From Eledone cirrhosa (Eukaryota): 64,000 bases of DNA. Shown here piece by piece: positions 1 to 10,249 of this stretch. Under the pieces are notes generated by a model, which was not told the origin of the DNA, did no database searches, and saw only the letters and a list, made by a program, of their open reading frames with translations. The translations under genes were made by a program, and so were the position numbers. Location of the stretch: positions 356,810,001-356,874,000 of the forward strand of contig OZ024741.1 in assembly GCA_964016885.1 (NCBI GenBank), given 5' to 3'. Position 1 is the first letter of the stretch. Every line of letters starts with the position of its first letter.

Positions 1-68
1 CGTCCGACTCTCTACTGATACTGCCAATAAATGTGAAGACTAAAATCCGAAGAGTGCGCGATAAGGTT

Positions 69-102
<34 letters not shown>

Positions 103-161
103 CGTGTGTGTGTGTGTGCCGGTCCAGCAAATATTTTGCTGGACCGGCAATCTGTATAATC

Positions 162-248
162 AGCTCCTGATTATTACTGGAATTCTATAAGAATCCAGCT
201 TCTATAATTTTCGGCGAAAGCCGACCAGCGTGAAACAGACTGTTGGCT
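162..248 (+). ncRNA. Degenerate type-I hammerhead-ribozyme-like motif with branched helix II
   Basis: CTGATTA at 167-173 (CUGANGA with G8 changed); helix II TACTGG...CCAGCG enclosing two hairpins (one is TCGGC-GAAA-GCCGA, 211-224); then GAAAC-AGACT-GTT and a partial helix I (AGCTC / GGCT). Confidence 0.45.
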
Positions 249-469
249 TCTCTTCTTTCTTCTGCCGAAAAGAAGTAAGTGACATAGTCACTACTTTAAA
301 ACTGATAGCGTATGGTCTTCTAAATGTTTTTAATTAAACATACGGTATATTGTCAAATATACTATACATACATTCATGTATACATCGCTATTTCAGAGCA
401 CCAATCCTAATATATATATATATATATACGATATTAAATAAATGGAAATTATATTTATAAAACCATATC

Positions 470-535
470 TATTTCATTATATATATTTCAGGGATATCAT
501 ATTAAAAATATGTTATGGCTTCTTCAGACAAAATA
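470..535 (-). ncRNA. Type-I hammerhead ribozyme motif (left-arm copy)
   Basis: Minus strand reads TATTTTGT-CTGAAGA-[long helix II]-GAAA-TATATA-TA-ATGAAATA; mirror copy of 665-730. Confidence 0.55.
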
Positions 536-664
536 CAATATAAACAGTTTATAAATAGATAGATTCGACATACCTTTCAACTTCGACTTGCATTTGAAAA
601 GTTGATTGCAAGTCGAAGTTGAAAGGTATGTCGAATCTATCTATTTATAAGACTGTTTATATTG

Positions 665-730
665 TATTTTGTCTGAAGAAGGCATAACATATTTTTAATA
701 TGATATCCCTGAAATATATATAATGAAATA
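665..730 (+). ncRNA. Type-I hammerhead ribozyme motif (right-arm copy)
   Basis: Helix I TATTTTGT/ATGAAATA (8 bp, 2 G-U); CTGAAGA 673-679; helix II AGGCATAACATATT-TTT-AATATGATATCCCT; GAAA 711-714; palindromic helix III TATATA; predicted cleavage after AUA 720-722. Confidence 0.6.
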
Positions 731-859
731 GATATGGTTTTATAAATATAATTTCCATTTATTTAGTATCGTAAATATACTCCAAATACTTGTTGAGTGC
801 TTTTATATCAGTTATAAATATTTACTCGTTGTAACCCAACAATTTAAATATAACTTTCC

Positions 860-897
<38 letters not shown>

Positions 898-905
<8 letters not shown>

Positions 906-1039
906 ATACTTTGGGAGGGTCATGTTGCCAATAAGAAACACACGCACCAGTTGCTTTCACTTTATAATAAATTGAAGTGAAAGCAACTGGTGCGTGTGTT
1001 TCTTATTGGTAACATGACCCTCCGAAAGTATAACAATAT
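898..1039. repeat. Inverted repeat (about 65-bp arms, 12-nt loop) between (TA)n tracts
   Basis: 898-962 pairs with 975-1039 with 2 mismatches; followed by an ~55-nt tail and (TA)n. Confidence 0.9.
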
Positions 1040-1160
1040 CGGTTTCAACACACGTTTTCAGATAAAGAATCTTGCTAAACAAATTCAGAAACGAAATATA
1101 TATATATATACGTATGTATGTATGCAAAAGGTAAACAGAACTAACAACACAATCGGTACA

Positions 1161-1246
<86 letters not shown>

Positions 1247-1428
1247 CATACATACACATACATACACACACACACACACATACATACACACACATATATA
1301 CATATGCACGTATGGGTTATATCGAACATTAATAATATTATTCGATTCGTTTGCAAACAAACGGCTCGATAAAGCTATGCCATGCCGATGACCAATCGTC
1401 TTCTGTTTATTCAACACTGACATCGAGG

Positions 1429-1474
1429 AACAATCAACATGTTTTGGGGGTCATTACCCTTCATCAGGACTGTT
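1429..1474 (-). ncRNA. Degenerate type-I hammerhead motif
   Basis: Minus strand: AACAGTC-CTGATGA-A-GGGTAATGACCCCC-AAAA-CATG-TT-GATTGTT; 7-bp helix I, palindromic helix III, but GAAA reads AAAA. Confidence 0.55.
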
Positions 1475-1585
1475 TACCGCTCTGCTGCTAATTTGTTGAA
1501 CGGTTGAAAAGATATAGTATGTTCTGAAGTATACATCGGCTGATCGAGCTGTTTGCTTACAAACGAAGCGAATATTATTATACTA

Positions 1586-1777
1586 CGGTGGATTGGCAGT
1601 ATCGGTAGAGGGTCAGACGACATGCTTTGACGCATAGAGTTACGGCCCTTGCCATTCTGAGTTCAAATCCTCCCGAGGTTAACTTTGCCTTTCATCCTTA
1701 TGGGGGACGATAAAATAAAGTACCAGTAATACACTGGGTATTTGCTGGCCTTGTGCCAAAAGTAGAAACAATTATTA
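1586..1777 (+). mobile_element. tRNA-derived SINE, family A (Nin/Deu-domain-like core); representative copy
   Basis: A-box-like GGATTGGCAG...GG, B-box GTTCAAATCC, core CTTTGCCTTTCATCCTT..GATAAAATAAAGTACCAG, ATT tail; other copies near 10772-10985, 13765-13900(-), 14619-14799, 19847-20043, 35340-35560(-), 37300-37475, 49577-50075, 51130-51690. Confidence 0.85.
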
Positions 1778-1785
1778 TACTATAC

Positions 1786-2325
1786 CCTCGCTACCACAAT
1801 ATTTTCAACACAAACACGGTCAAACTTTCTTACAGCACTACACCCAACTTCACACAAATCATCGCGTCCGCAAACACTACCAAACTCAATTTTAATAGTC
1901 CCCCACTCAGACCTCAGTGAGGAGGAAACCAGGCCATGTAGTGGCACGGACAAAAACCATTGTCCATTAAACAACAAATGCCGGCAACAGAACATCGTGT
2001 ACAAGTGCAATGTCACGACGGAACACACCAACAGAACCTACATCGGATTAACAACCTGCGAATTTAAGACAAGATTTTACGAATACTAACATACTTTTAG
2101 AAACCCGGCTGAGAGGATTGCCACAACACTATCCAGCCATATATGGGATCACCGCGACAACATTACCTACGAACTAAATTGGAGTTCCTTGTCCTTGTAT
2201 AGGAGGACGCCGCCCGTGCAATGTATGCTCCGAGGAAACAATCGAAATATTGTTAGCCATAAAAAAGGATAAACTCGTGACTTCATGCAAACACCAGATT
2301 TACAAAACATACCTCAACTTCAGAC
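1786..2325 (+). pseudogene. Penelope-like retroelement GIY-YIG endonuclease C-terminal remnant
   Basis: Hand translation with frameshifts/stops: IFNTNTVKLSYS...CPLNNKCRQQNIVYKCNV...TYIGLTTCEFKTRF...LSSHIW...CNVCSEE...SCKH, the VY/YIG and downstream motifs of PLE endonucleases. Confidence 0.85.
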
Positions 2326-3806
2326 ATTCTCACAATCCAGGAGGGTAAGACAATTTTCCCAACATCCATTGTACATATCCACACCGGAACATATACCCTT
2401 AGGTCATCACATTACATTTACACACACAATCGTGCTTTCACATCGGTAGATACACACCTAGGTCCATACAGTACACAATCATATATAAACACAACTCCAC
2501 CAAAATTTCACCTGCAGACCCCACCAGCACCCAGAAATACACGCATATCTAGCTCTTGCACATGCGCTGATGGGCCCACACTTAAATACACAAACCATCA
2601 CTCAACAACACAAAATAAAATACATACAGCCAGTACAAAAGCAGCTCGTCTTGCACAAACCCAAGCTGCACATCCAACCCTTAAGCCACACATGTTTATT
2701 CCATAACACCATTCCAATACAGGTGTTAAAAAGACAATACTCATCCAAGCACCCCATTACAGAACTATCAATATCTAATTACACGCGGGAACCCCCAACT
2801 CCGGAGCACACATAGCTGCCCAAGACAAACATAGGCCCACTATATTGTATAACAAATAGTAATTACCCACACCACCTATTTCTCTATATGTATATGAAAT
2901 ATCATCACCACCCACAAACAACCACTGATGCACACACACCTGTAGACAGGTACAAATACGCGCATGCACACAAGCTCAATAAGTACCTTATATACACACA
3001 CACACCTCTTGACTCCGTAGTACTAGAACTCATAGAAATTAAAAATATTAAGATAAAATAAAAACGTATTAACCCGCCTGTAGTTTAAAGTGTTTTAAGT
3101 GCTTAGCACAACAACCAGTAACAGTTATAACTCTAATTAAACAAATAGTAGCATACATACTAATATAAGTGCCATATACACCCCACATATGCACCCACAA
3201 CTTCTCCCCACACACGTATTTAACTCCGTAGTACCATAAGCAATCCAATTAAAACGTGTTGTTGTTTTTTAATCAAATGTATACTTCTGACTGTAGTTTA
3301 AGGTAATTTAAACAGTAACAAATACAAAAATAATTCGAACGAATAAACCCACTCTGCGATCTTTGGAGATAGCTAAGAAATAAGTCCTCTAGTTGACAGT
3401 TATATTTAATTTGTCAATGGATGAATGGGCAACTCTTTGATCAGTGTGACCTGCAGCTGGTTGTCTGAAAATCGCGACAAACATGCCTGCAGGCAAATAT
3501 ACATACACACACACCCTCATATATCTTCAATAAATACAATTCTACCTCCTCTTAACAATTATTCTATCTTAAGTGGAACATACAGATACACACAGATGCG
3601 CACATAGACACACACATACATATTCACACTTACTACACACCTACACACACCACTCCCTAAATAAATTCAAATATATAATATATATATAAATGTTTGTATC
3701 TGTATCTATAAAATACAATCAATTCATTCTAAAACTTTTCTGCAACATTTCATGAAAAATATTTGCAATTTGTTGGATAGTTTATACCTTTATATGGACA
3801 AACCAC

Positions 3807-3896
3807 ACCCCTGATCATATGGATAGTCAACTGTGGGGCCTTTCGACAAACAATCTGGAACTAGCTGTTGAAACGGCAAGTGCTCAGCTGTCGGGT
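3807..3896 (+). ncRNA. Degenerate type-I hammerhead motif at the 3' end of the Penelope-like element
   Basis: Helix I ACCC/GGGT; CTGATCA 3811-3817 (G8 changed); extended helix II; GAAA 3870-3873; helix III ACGGC/GCTGT; GUC site ending 3892. Confidence 0.55.
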
Positions 3897-3991
3897 TCTG
3901 ACTCTTTAAAATATTGCCATACTCTACTACCCCAAGTATCGAGTACTCTGTTGAATAATGGTCTAACTAGTTCTATCTTTATATATATATA

Positions 3992-4885
3992 CTAGCTGGC
4001 CCGCCTGGCTGGCGCCGGCTAGGTATACCCGCATTTTATCTTTTCAGGAATCCCCCTCCACTTCAGTGCAAATATACCGCACGCCCTCTCAAGTCAGCGA
4101 GGGTGGGAGGGAAGGGGCTAACGTGTTCTGATGTTGGGTTTGAATAGTTTTTAGGATTTCCCAGTTCAGCAGCCAGTACGTTAAAGAAAATAGATAGTTA
4201 CAACAATAAAGGCTGAACAGAGAACACATTTTTTAACAATCAATAATCTCTACAACCATAATGGAAATTCCAAGTAACAGAAAATACATAAATTACATTG
4301 TTAGAGTCTCAGAGTATACAGTTTTTTGTTTGGCCCTCGGGAGCAAAGATGAAGAAATTGTTTGGCGAGCTCACCCTAGAGCATCCTACATACAATTGAC
4401 CATAGGAGAATCACTGATTTCGTTGCTCGTCTCGCGGAGAAGCTCTGTAGACGTTGAGCTCTGGACACTCCTGTCAGGAGCAGGTAACCTGTAGTGACCT
4501 AGAGGCCTACCACTAATCTCCAGGACACTGTTTTCAAGACAAATGAGCGCCTCATTGAAAACGACATCGTATGTTACGTTTGGATTGTGTCTACGTGTGC
4601 GGTGGAGGATGTCCTCAGCTAGACTTTCGCGGTGGTTGTTCCACAGTGCGAGAGGGTCGGCGAGATCGCAGTTGTGCAGCATAATAGCAAAAAGTTTTCG
4701 CAGCTGAGAAGGGACTTTAGCAGTTGCTGCTTCTTGCAGGGTGAGGTGCCACTGGCTGTCATCATGTAACATACCACGCATCTTGCAAGCCAAACTGTAA
4801 GTGGAACATTGATGGCCATTGATGGTTCTCAGATCTTGGAAAGACTGTGGTCCTCGAACCTCGAACAGTAACAATGACGATAAGC
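3992..4885 (-). mobile_element. Internally deleted Helitron: Rep/Helicase fragment plus 3' terminus
   Basis: Minus-strand translation LLLFEVRGPQSFQDLRTING...ACKMRGMLHDDSQW...PSQLRKLFAIML..C...DPLALW is typical of the Helitron Rep-Pif1 linker; GC hairpin (about 3999-4019) followed by CTAG (3995-3992) then T. Confidence 0.85.
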
Positions 4886-4948
4886 CGTCTGTGCTTTCGT
4901 GAAATGAATACGTTTTTTGTTTTTGTGTATGCAAAAATATCTGTACAC

Positions 4949-4987
<39 letters not shown>

Positions 4988-5281
4988 ACCCCGTTCTTCC
5001 CCCAACTCTTACTTTCACATACACACACACACGTACACCTACACACACACCACCTTCAGCCCTCCCCGCTCGGACACCCCGCCTCCCTCTCCCCACTCCA
5101 CCCGCCAACACCCCTACACGCCCCACAACCTTCCACCACCTGTTTTACTTCATGTTTATTTTTATTTTTATTATGCTTTTATATTTAATTTCATTTGTAC
5201 CGTTTCCTCTCACCCCCTTTTTTCTATATGTCTCTCCACCACTCTCCTACACACCCTTGGAACTCTCTTCCCACACACTTT

Positions 5282-5316
5282 TCACCTGAAGAAGGGCTTA
5301 TGCCCGAAACGTCGTT
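5282..5316 (+). ncRNA. Minimal type-I hammerhead motif in a Penelope-like pLTR fragment (about 4985-5405)
   Basis: CTGAAGA 5286-5292, helix II GGGC-TTAT-GCCC, GAAA-CG-TC (cleavage after C5313); helix I reduced to 2 bp. Confidence 0.65.
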
Positions 5317-5401
5317 CCCCACCACCACCCCACTCTCAAGAGCGTGAAACTAATAAACCTTTGTTCGTACTGCCTCTCTGTTTTGTTCCCGTTCAATTTT
5401 T

Positions 5402-5438
<37 letters not shown>

Positions 5439-5865
5439 TAATAGATTAAGGTTTAAGCAAAGAATCGCTGCTTTCACCCTTAACAGGATCTTCTGAAACT
5501 AAAATAATTCGTCTGTGAACGCAGAAGTAAATATTTCGAAAAACGTTATCTAATGCAGACAGCCAGACATACAGAGACATATTATAAGGGCGCTACGTTA
5601 TAGCTATGTATCTATCTAAAAAGACAGACTAAGAAAAAGAGGGGAATGTTGTGCGACGTCATAAGAAAAAGTGAGGAATGACGTATAACCGGAAGTGTTG
5701 ACATTTGAAATTTTAAAGAAGTGAATATTTAACACAATCTTTTAACAAAATTCAGTAGACAAAAATATCCTCACTTTTTTACTTTGAAAAAATTACATCT
5801 ATGGTGCAAATTTTGGTGCTGTTTGGCGGAAAGTTTGTTACCTACATACGGCCGTCAGCTTTATA

Positions 5866-5962
<97 letters not shown>

Positions 5963-5987
5963 TTGGCTGTGTGGTTGCTAGTTAAAG

Positions 5988-6557
5988 TAGCTTAAAATAG
6001 AGGGAGAATAAGAAAGCAAGAACGGAGGGGAGGGGTTCCTCGTCAGTTGTCTACTGGGGGTCTCGGATATTTCTACGCTTTAAAGAGCGTTCAATAACTG
6101 GGTAAGTTATTGGGAAAACGGAGGAGGGAGGGAAGGGAAATAGAAGGGAAAGGGGCAGAGCCACCTCATTGTTTCCCTCGCCTGACCCTCTAGCAGTCCT
6201 TTTCTCACTTACATTCGTTGGGGTCAGACGTGTCTTTTCGATCGCCCACACGCTCTTGAACTTAAGTTCTCTTAACGCTATGGTCTTGGATTTCTTACCT
6301 TAAGTTGCTCGCACATTGCTCGGTTTGTTGTCGTTGTTGTTTTTTCGCTGTTTTCTCTTTTCTTCCCTTTTCCCTTCTATTTTCCTTCCCTCCCTCCTCC
6401 GTTTTCCTAATAACTTACCCAGTTATTGAACGCTCTGGGCGGTAGATATCTTGTCTTTAAAGCGTGGAAATATACGAGACCCCTAGTAGACAACTGACTA
6501 GGAACCCCCCCCCCCCTCGTTCTTGCTTTCTTCTTATACTCCTTCCATCTTAAGCTA
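5988..6557. mobile_element. Foldback/MITE-like element with long terminal inverted repeats
   Basis: About 5988-6153 is the reverse complement of about 6366-6557 (right arm carries an extra ~20 bp); ~210-bp spacer; no coding capacity. Confidence 0.8.
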
Positions 6558-6573
6558 TATATATATATATATA

Positions 6574-6634
<61 letters not shown>

Positions 6635-7042
6635 GCTACTTGCTTGCTTGCTTGCTTGTCTGTAATGTAATACAGCCAAAAGGCCGCATAACGGGAACAT
6701 TCTTTGAAAGGAAATTGACCCTGAAATGGGAATACAAATGGAATAAAACAAGTTTTGCGTAAATCAGAGCACGGGTCTCGAGATACGGGATTTTTTCGGG
6801 TACCTTCATAAATAGAGAGAAAGAAAGATAGAAAGAGATAGTGGTTGTGAGAGTAGATTGAAAGAAAGACATGTCTCTAGTATATATATATATTAAAATA
6901 ACAGATTAAAGTTTAAGCAAAGAATCGCTGCTTTCATCCTTAACCTTATTTTAATAAATATTTGCTCTATGGTTTTATATATTTTGATATATATTTTCCT
7001 TATCGAGCCCTCTTCGGATTTTAGTCTTCACATTTATTATCA

Positions 7043-7152
<110 letters not shown>

Positions 7153-7236
7153 AAAGGTAAACAGAAATAACAGCACAATCGGTACAGTATACGGAAGGGA
7201 TATATTAGGTTAACGCTTGATATAGAGAGAAGAGGG

Positions 7237-7272
7237 TCTTAACGTTTCGGACGCTAGTCCTTCATCAGAAGA
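7237..7272 (-). ncRNA. Intact minimal type-I hammerhead ribozyme motif
   Basis: Minus strand: TCTT-CTGATGA-A-GGAC-TAGC-GTCC-GAAA-CG-TT-AAGA; helix I TCTT/AAGA, palindromic AACGTT helix III, all core nucleotides present. Confidence 0.8.
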
Positions 7273-7459
7273 AAGAATGAGAAATAAAATAGATTGACTG
7301 GACGGTCGGGATGGAATTGGAAAAAATGTCTTTAGATAAAAATAACAGGTCCATTCATGTTGACATCTCTTACAAAACTGTTGATGATCCGGCTACGGAT
7401 CTGAACAGCTCGTCTGACCGCCTGCATATCAAATGATTTCTATATCTCCCGTGTATTTT

Positions 7460-7735
7460 ATCTGAAGAGAACATGTTTTGGGTTGATGACGTTCTCGGAG
7501 AGATCCTGGGCGTCGAAGAAAATCAGCTGTTTGCTCTCTTCCGGAGAACTTTCAGCCCAGGGCCTATGGATAACTTCCAAAAATCCCTGGTCTGGCAGTG
7601 CTACCGGGGAGCTTTGCCGGTTCGAGATAAGCTCTACAAGCACGGAAGTGCCGTCAGCCGAGCCTGTCCGAGATGCGCGCAGAGCGACGAAACCGTCGTG
7701 CACGCACTCGTTCAGTGCCCGAGCATGGCTGACTT
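7460..7735 (+). pseudogene. L1/Tx1-type LINE ORF2 C-terminal zinc-binding (zf-RVT-like) remnant
   Basis: LVWQCYRGALPVRDKL...ACPRCAQSDETVVHALVQCP (CCHC). Confidence 0.8.
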
Positions 7736-7820
7736 GTCAGATCTGCATATCAGTCAGATCTGCATATTAGCAGGTCCACTGATCAGCCAGATTTGCATAG
7801 CAGCAGACAGGCCAGTTCAG

Positions 7821-8010
7821 TCATTTCTGGCGCCACACCTGAATAGTGGTGTTTCCATCCTCCATCCAATCTACAGTATCAGAGCCACGGAACTTTGTTG
7901 AGGAAACCCCAACTATATCTAGCCAGTAGCATCTAGCCTCATTCAAAAGTTTCTGCTCCTCACCTGTTAGGGTTGCGATGTTCCAGGTTCCAATTGTCAA
8001 GATTTGCTCC
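7821..8010 (-). pseudogene. RTE-type LINE APE endonuclease N-terminal fragment
   Basis: LTIGTWNIATLTGEEQKL...LDIVGVSSTK. Confidence 0.75.
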
Positions 8011-8439
8011 CTTCTGAATGCTCTTTGGGGTCTCGGAATACGCAATATTTGTGCATCCATCCCATGCCCCCCAGGACAGGTCGCAGGCGCTTCACCAGTT
8101 TTTGCGGCATGAAATGGAGACGGCAATATATCTTTCGAACAGGCCCCACTACCAAAGGTCTGAACGCGTCCCTTGTTAACCCGCGCGAAGGACGACGCAT
8201 TATGGTTCATTTTGTTTTCCTTATCATATTGCAGTTTCAGTGTCAGTGGTCTTATTCGCGCCAGTCACCAATCTGGCACTTTGTCAAACTCGTGAAGACT
8301 ATTTAGAGGCGGCTTTTAATCGCCTTGTCGTAGCTGCGTCACTGGGTTGTGGTCTGGGGTTGCTTATTTGTTCAGCAGTTGCCCGCTTATATCGCAACTA
8401 GCCATCACATCTGGTGACCGTATCGCTATCCGCCACCTG

Positions 8440-8999
8440 CGACCTCTTCTCTAGCAGAACAGCTCTACATATGAATGGAGTTTCGCTGAAGCAGGTAGAG
8501 AAGTTCAAGTATCTCGGAGCAATGTTCACGAGTGATAGAAGGCAAGAATTGCAAAATCTGGTTCTGTAATGCGCCAATGGGGTTCCTTCGAAGTGTCTTT
8601 GGAATAATATTACTCAATAGAGTACGTAGCTCGAAGATCAGAGAGTCACTCCAGGTAGAACTGCTACTTCTCTGAATTCAGAGATCACAGCTCTGAAACT
8701 ATGGGCATATAGTTAAAATGTCCCAGGAAAGAATCTCTAAATAGATTTTACGGATAAAACCAGCCGACAGGAGACCCAGGGGTAGGCCCCGAGCAAGATG
8801 GTTGGATAACATCCATGAGATTGGCTGGACACACTTGGGGATCCAGCCAGATCAATTGGAGACGATTCCTTCTGACAGGACCTGCTGGAAGGAGTGTTTT
8901 AGGACACTGCCCCCACGACCCTCACAGGAAGAAGAAGAAGAAGAAGAAGAAGAAGAAGAAGAAGAAGAAGAAGAAGAAGAAGAAGAAGAAGAAGAAGAA
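8440..8999 (+). pseudogene. RTE-type LINE 3' remnant ending in a (GAA)n tail
   Basis: LKQVEKFKYLG, RPRGRPRARWLDNI motifs with disruptions; (GAA)n at about 8928-8999. Confidence 0.75.
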
Positions 9000-9450
9000 A
9001 ACTGGGAAGACATTGCCTTAGATCGATCATCTTGGAGGATAACAGTGTTTCATAGAAAACAGGAATTTGAAAAACCTCGTGTGGAGCATGAAATATTAAA
9101 GAGGAGTCTGCGTAGGATCTACATGATATTACTTAACTGGATTTTCAGATGCTCAAAATTACTTTGTGTAATGGATGTGGCCGGATTTGCCTAAGTAAAT
9201 CTGGTCTTAAACAGCATCATAGAAGCCATGTACAAAATGTTGCCGATTATGCTGTTTGGCATTTCTTCCAGTGTAACTCACCAAAACAAAACAGCGGACC
9301 AAAGTGGAAGCCATGTTCACCACTGCAGCATATGCAGAAAGGAATGTAGATGTTTGGTAGGGCTAAAGAGTCATATTCGTCCCATCCATATGAGAGGGGG
9401 ATCAGGTGGTGGTAATTTTTGAAATCGAGATGCAGCCATTATGTATGTAT
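9000..9450 (+). pseudogene. RTE/BovB-type LINE 3' end with C2H2-like fingers
   Basis: WEDIALDRSSWR; CNGCGRICLSKSGLKQHHRSH; CSICRKECRCLVGLKSHIR. Confidence 0.7.
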
Positions 9451-9459
9451 GTTATGTCA

Positions 9460-9850
9460 GGCCATTCTCGCGTGCTACTGGTAACATGTAACCCAGTACC
9501 ACCTGATTCATGGTCGGGTCGTCGGCGACTAAACCGGCAACCCCACCAAGCTTGCTTGGTGAGGACGGTGATATTTGGACACCCTAGGGGATGAAATACA
9601 AGACCCGGCGAAGGGCGGAGGAACTCAGCAGAGTCAACGGCCATCCAAAGAGTACTTTATTTTTTCACCTGGGAGTGAAAAGCCCCCAGTTGTTGTCACA
9701 ACACCTTTCTAAGAGCGGGAAACTCTGAAAAAAAAACCTGCGGTTTCGGAAACATCCAATGATATTGACCAGTTCTCCTTTTTGGGCAGTGTTTTCGATG
9801 CTCAGAGAGTGGGATTGGTTGAGTGCAAGGCCTTTCCCCACTTAAAAAAC
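9460..9850 (+). mobile_element. Structured non-coding repeat, possibly the 5' end of a non-LTR element; second copy at about 25270-25615 (-)
   Basis: Shared blocks TGCTACTGGTA.CATGTAACCCAGTAC, GGCGACTAAACC and GAGTCAA.GGCCATCCA occur in both places in opposite orientation. Confidence 0.6.
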
Positions 9851-10249
9851 CTTCAAAGCACAGGAATTGCTTGTTCAGGATATGCTACAGGCTCGTGTGA
9901 CTGGCTATAGCCTAAATGTGCACCATTTTCTGCAATCTGACAAGCAATTGCAATACTCTTAGCAGAGTTTGCAGCCGCCATGTATGTATGTATGTCGTCT
10001 GAGAGATTTATTAGTACGATCATCCCGTCTACATCACTTTTTATAAATCCCCTACCTCTATTGGTGAAAACAGGTAAAGTTTTGCTCTTATATAGATTTG
10101 GCAAAACCACCGTTGGCTTTGGTTTCAGGCTTTAAGAAAAGTGATGAATATTTGTTTCAAAGTTCATAATGAAAACCGATGGTGGATTGGTAGAATCCTA
10201 GAGCTGACCATATGTCCGTAATTTCTGAGCTGTGATTCTATCAAGTAAC

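Larger units (their letters stand above)
427..773. repeat. Long near-perfect inverted repeat (about 166-bp arms, 14-nt loop), Penelope-like pLTR-derived
   Basis: 427-592 is the reverse complement of 607-773 with only a few differences; flanked by (TA)n; an ~85-nt unpaired tail follows before the next (TA)n. Confidence 0.95.

Noticed and set aside
975-1039. CCGAAAG in the second inverted repeat as a hammerhead
   Set aside because: No upstream CUGANGA; at most a truncated remnant
957-1423. Overlapping ORFs rich in YI/CV repeats (also 4762-5441, 5784-5981, 6407-6762, 6969-7178, 56897-57352)
   Set aside because: Stop-free translations of (TA)n, (CA)n, (TAC)n and (CT)n microsatellites
9590-9630. 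ACAAGACCCGG...GGAGG as a twister ribozyme
   Set aside because: Lacks the pseudoknot-forming and cleavage-loop motifs
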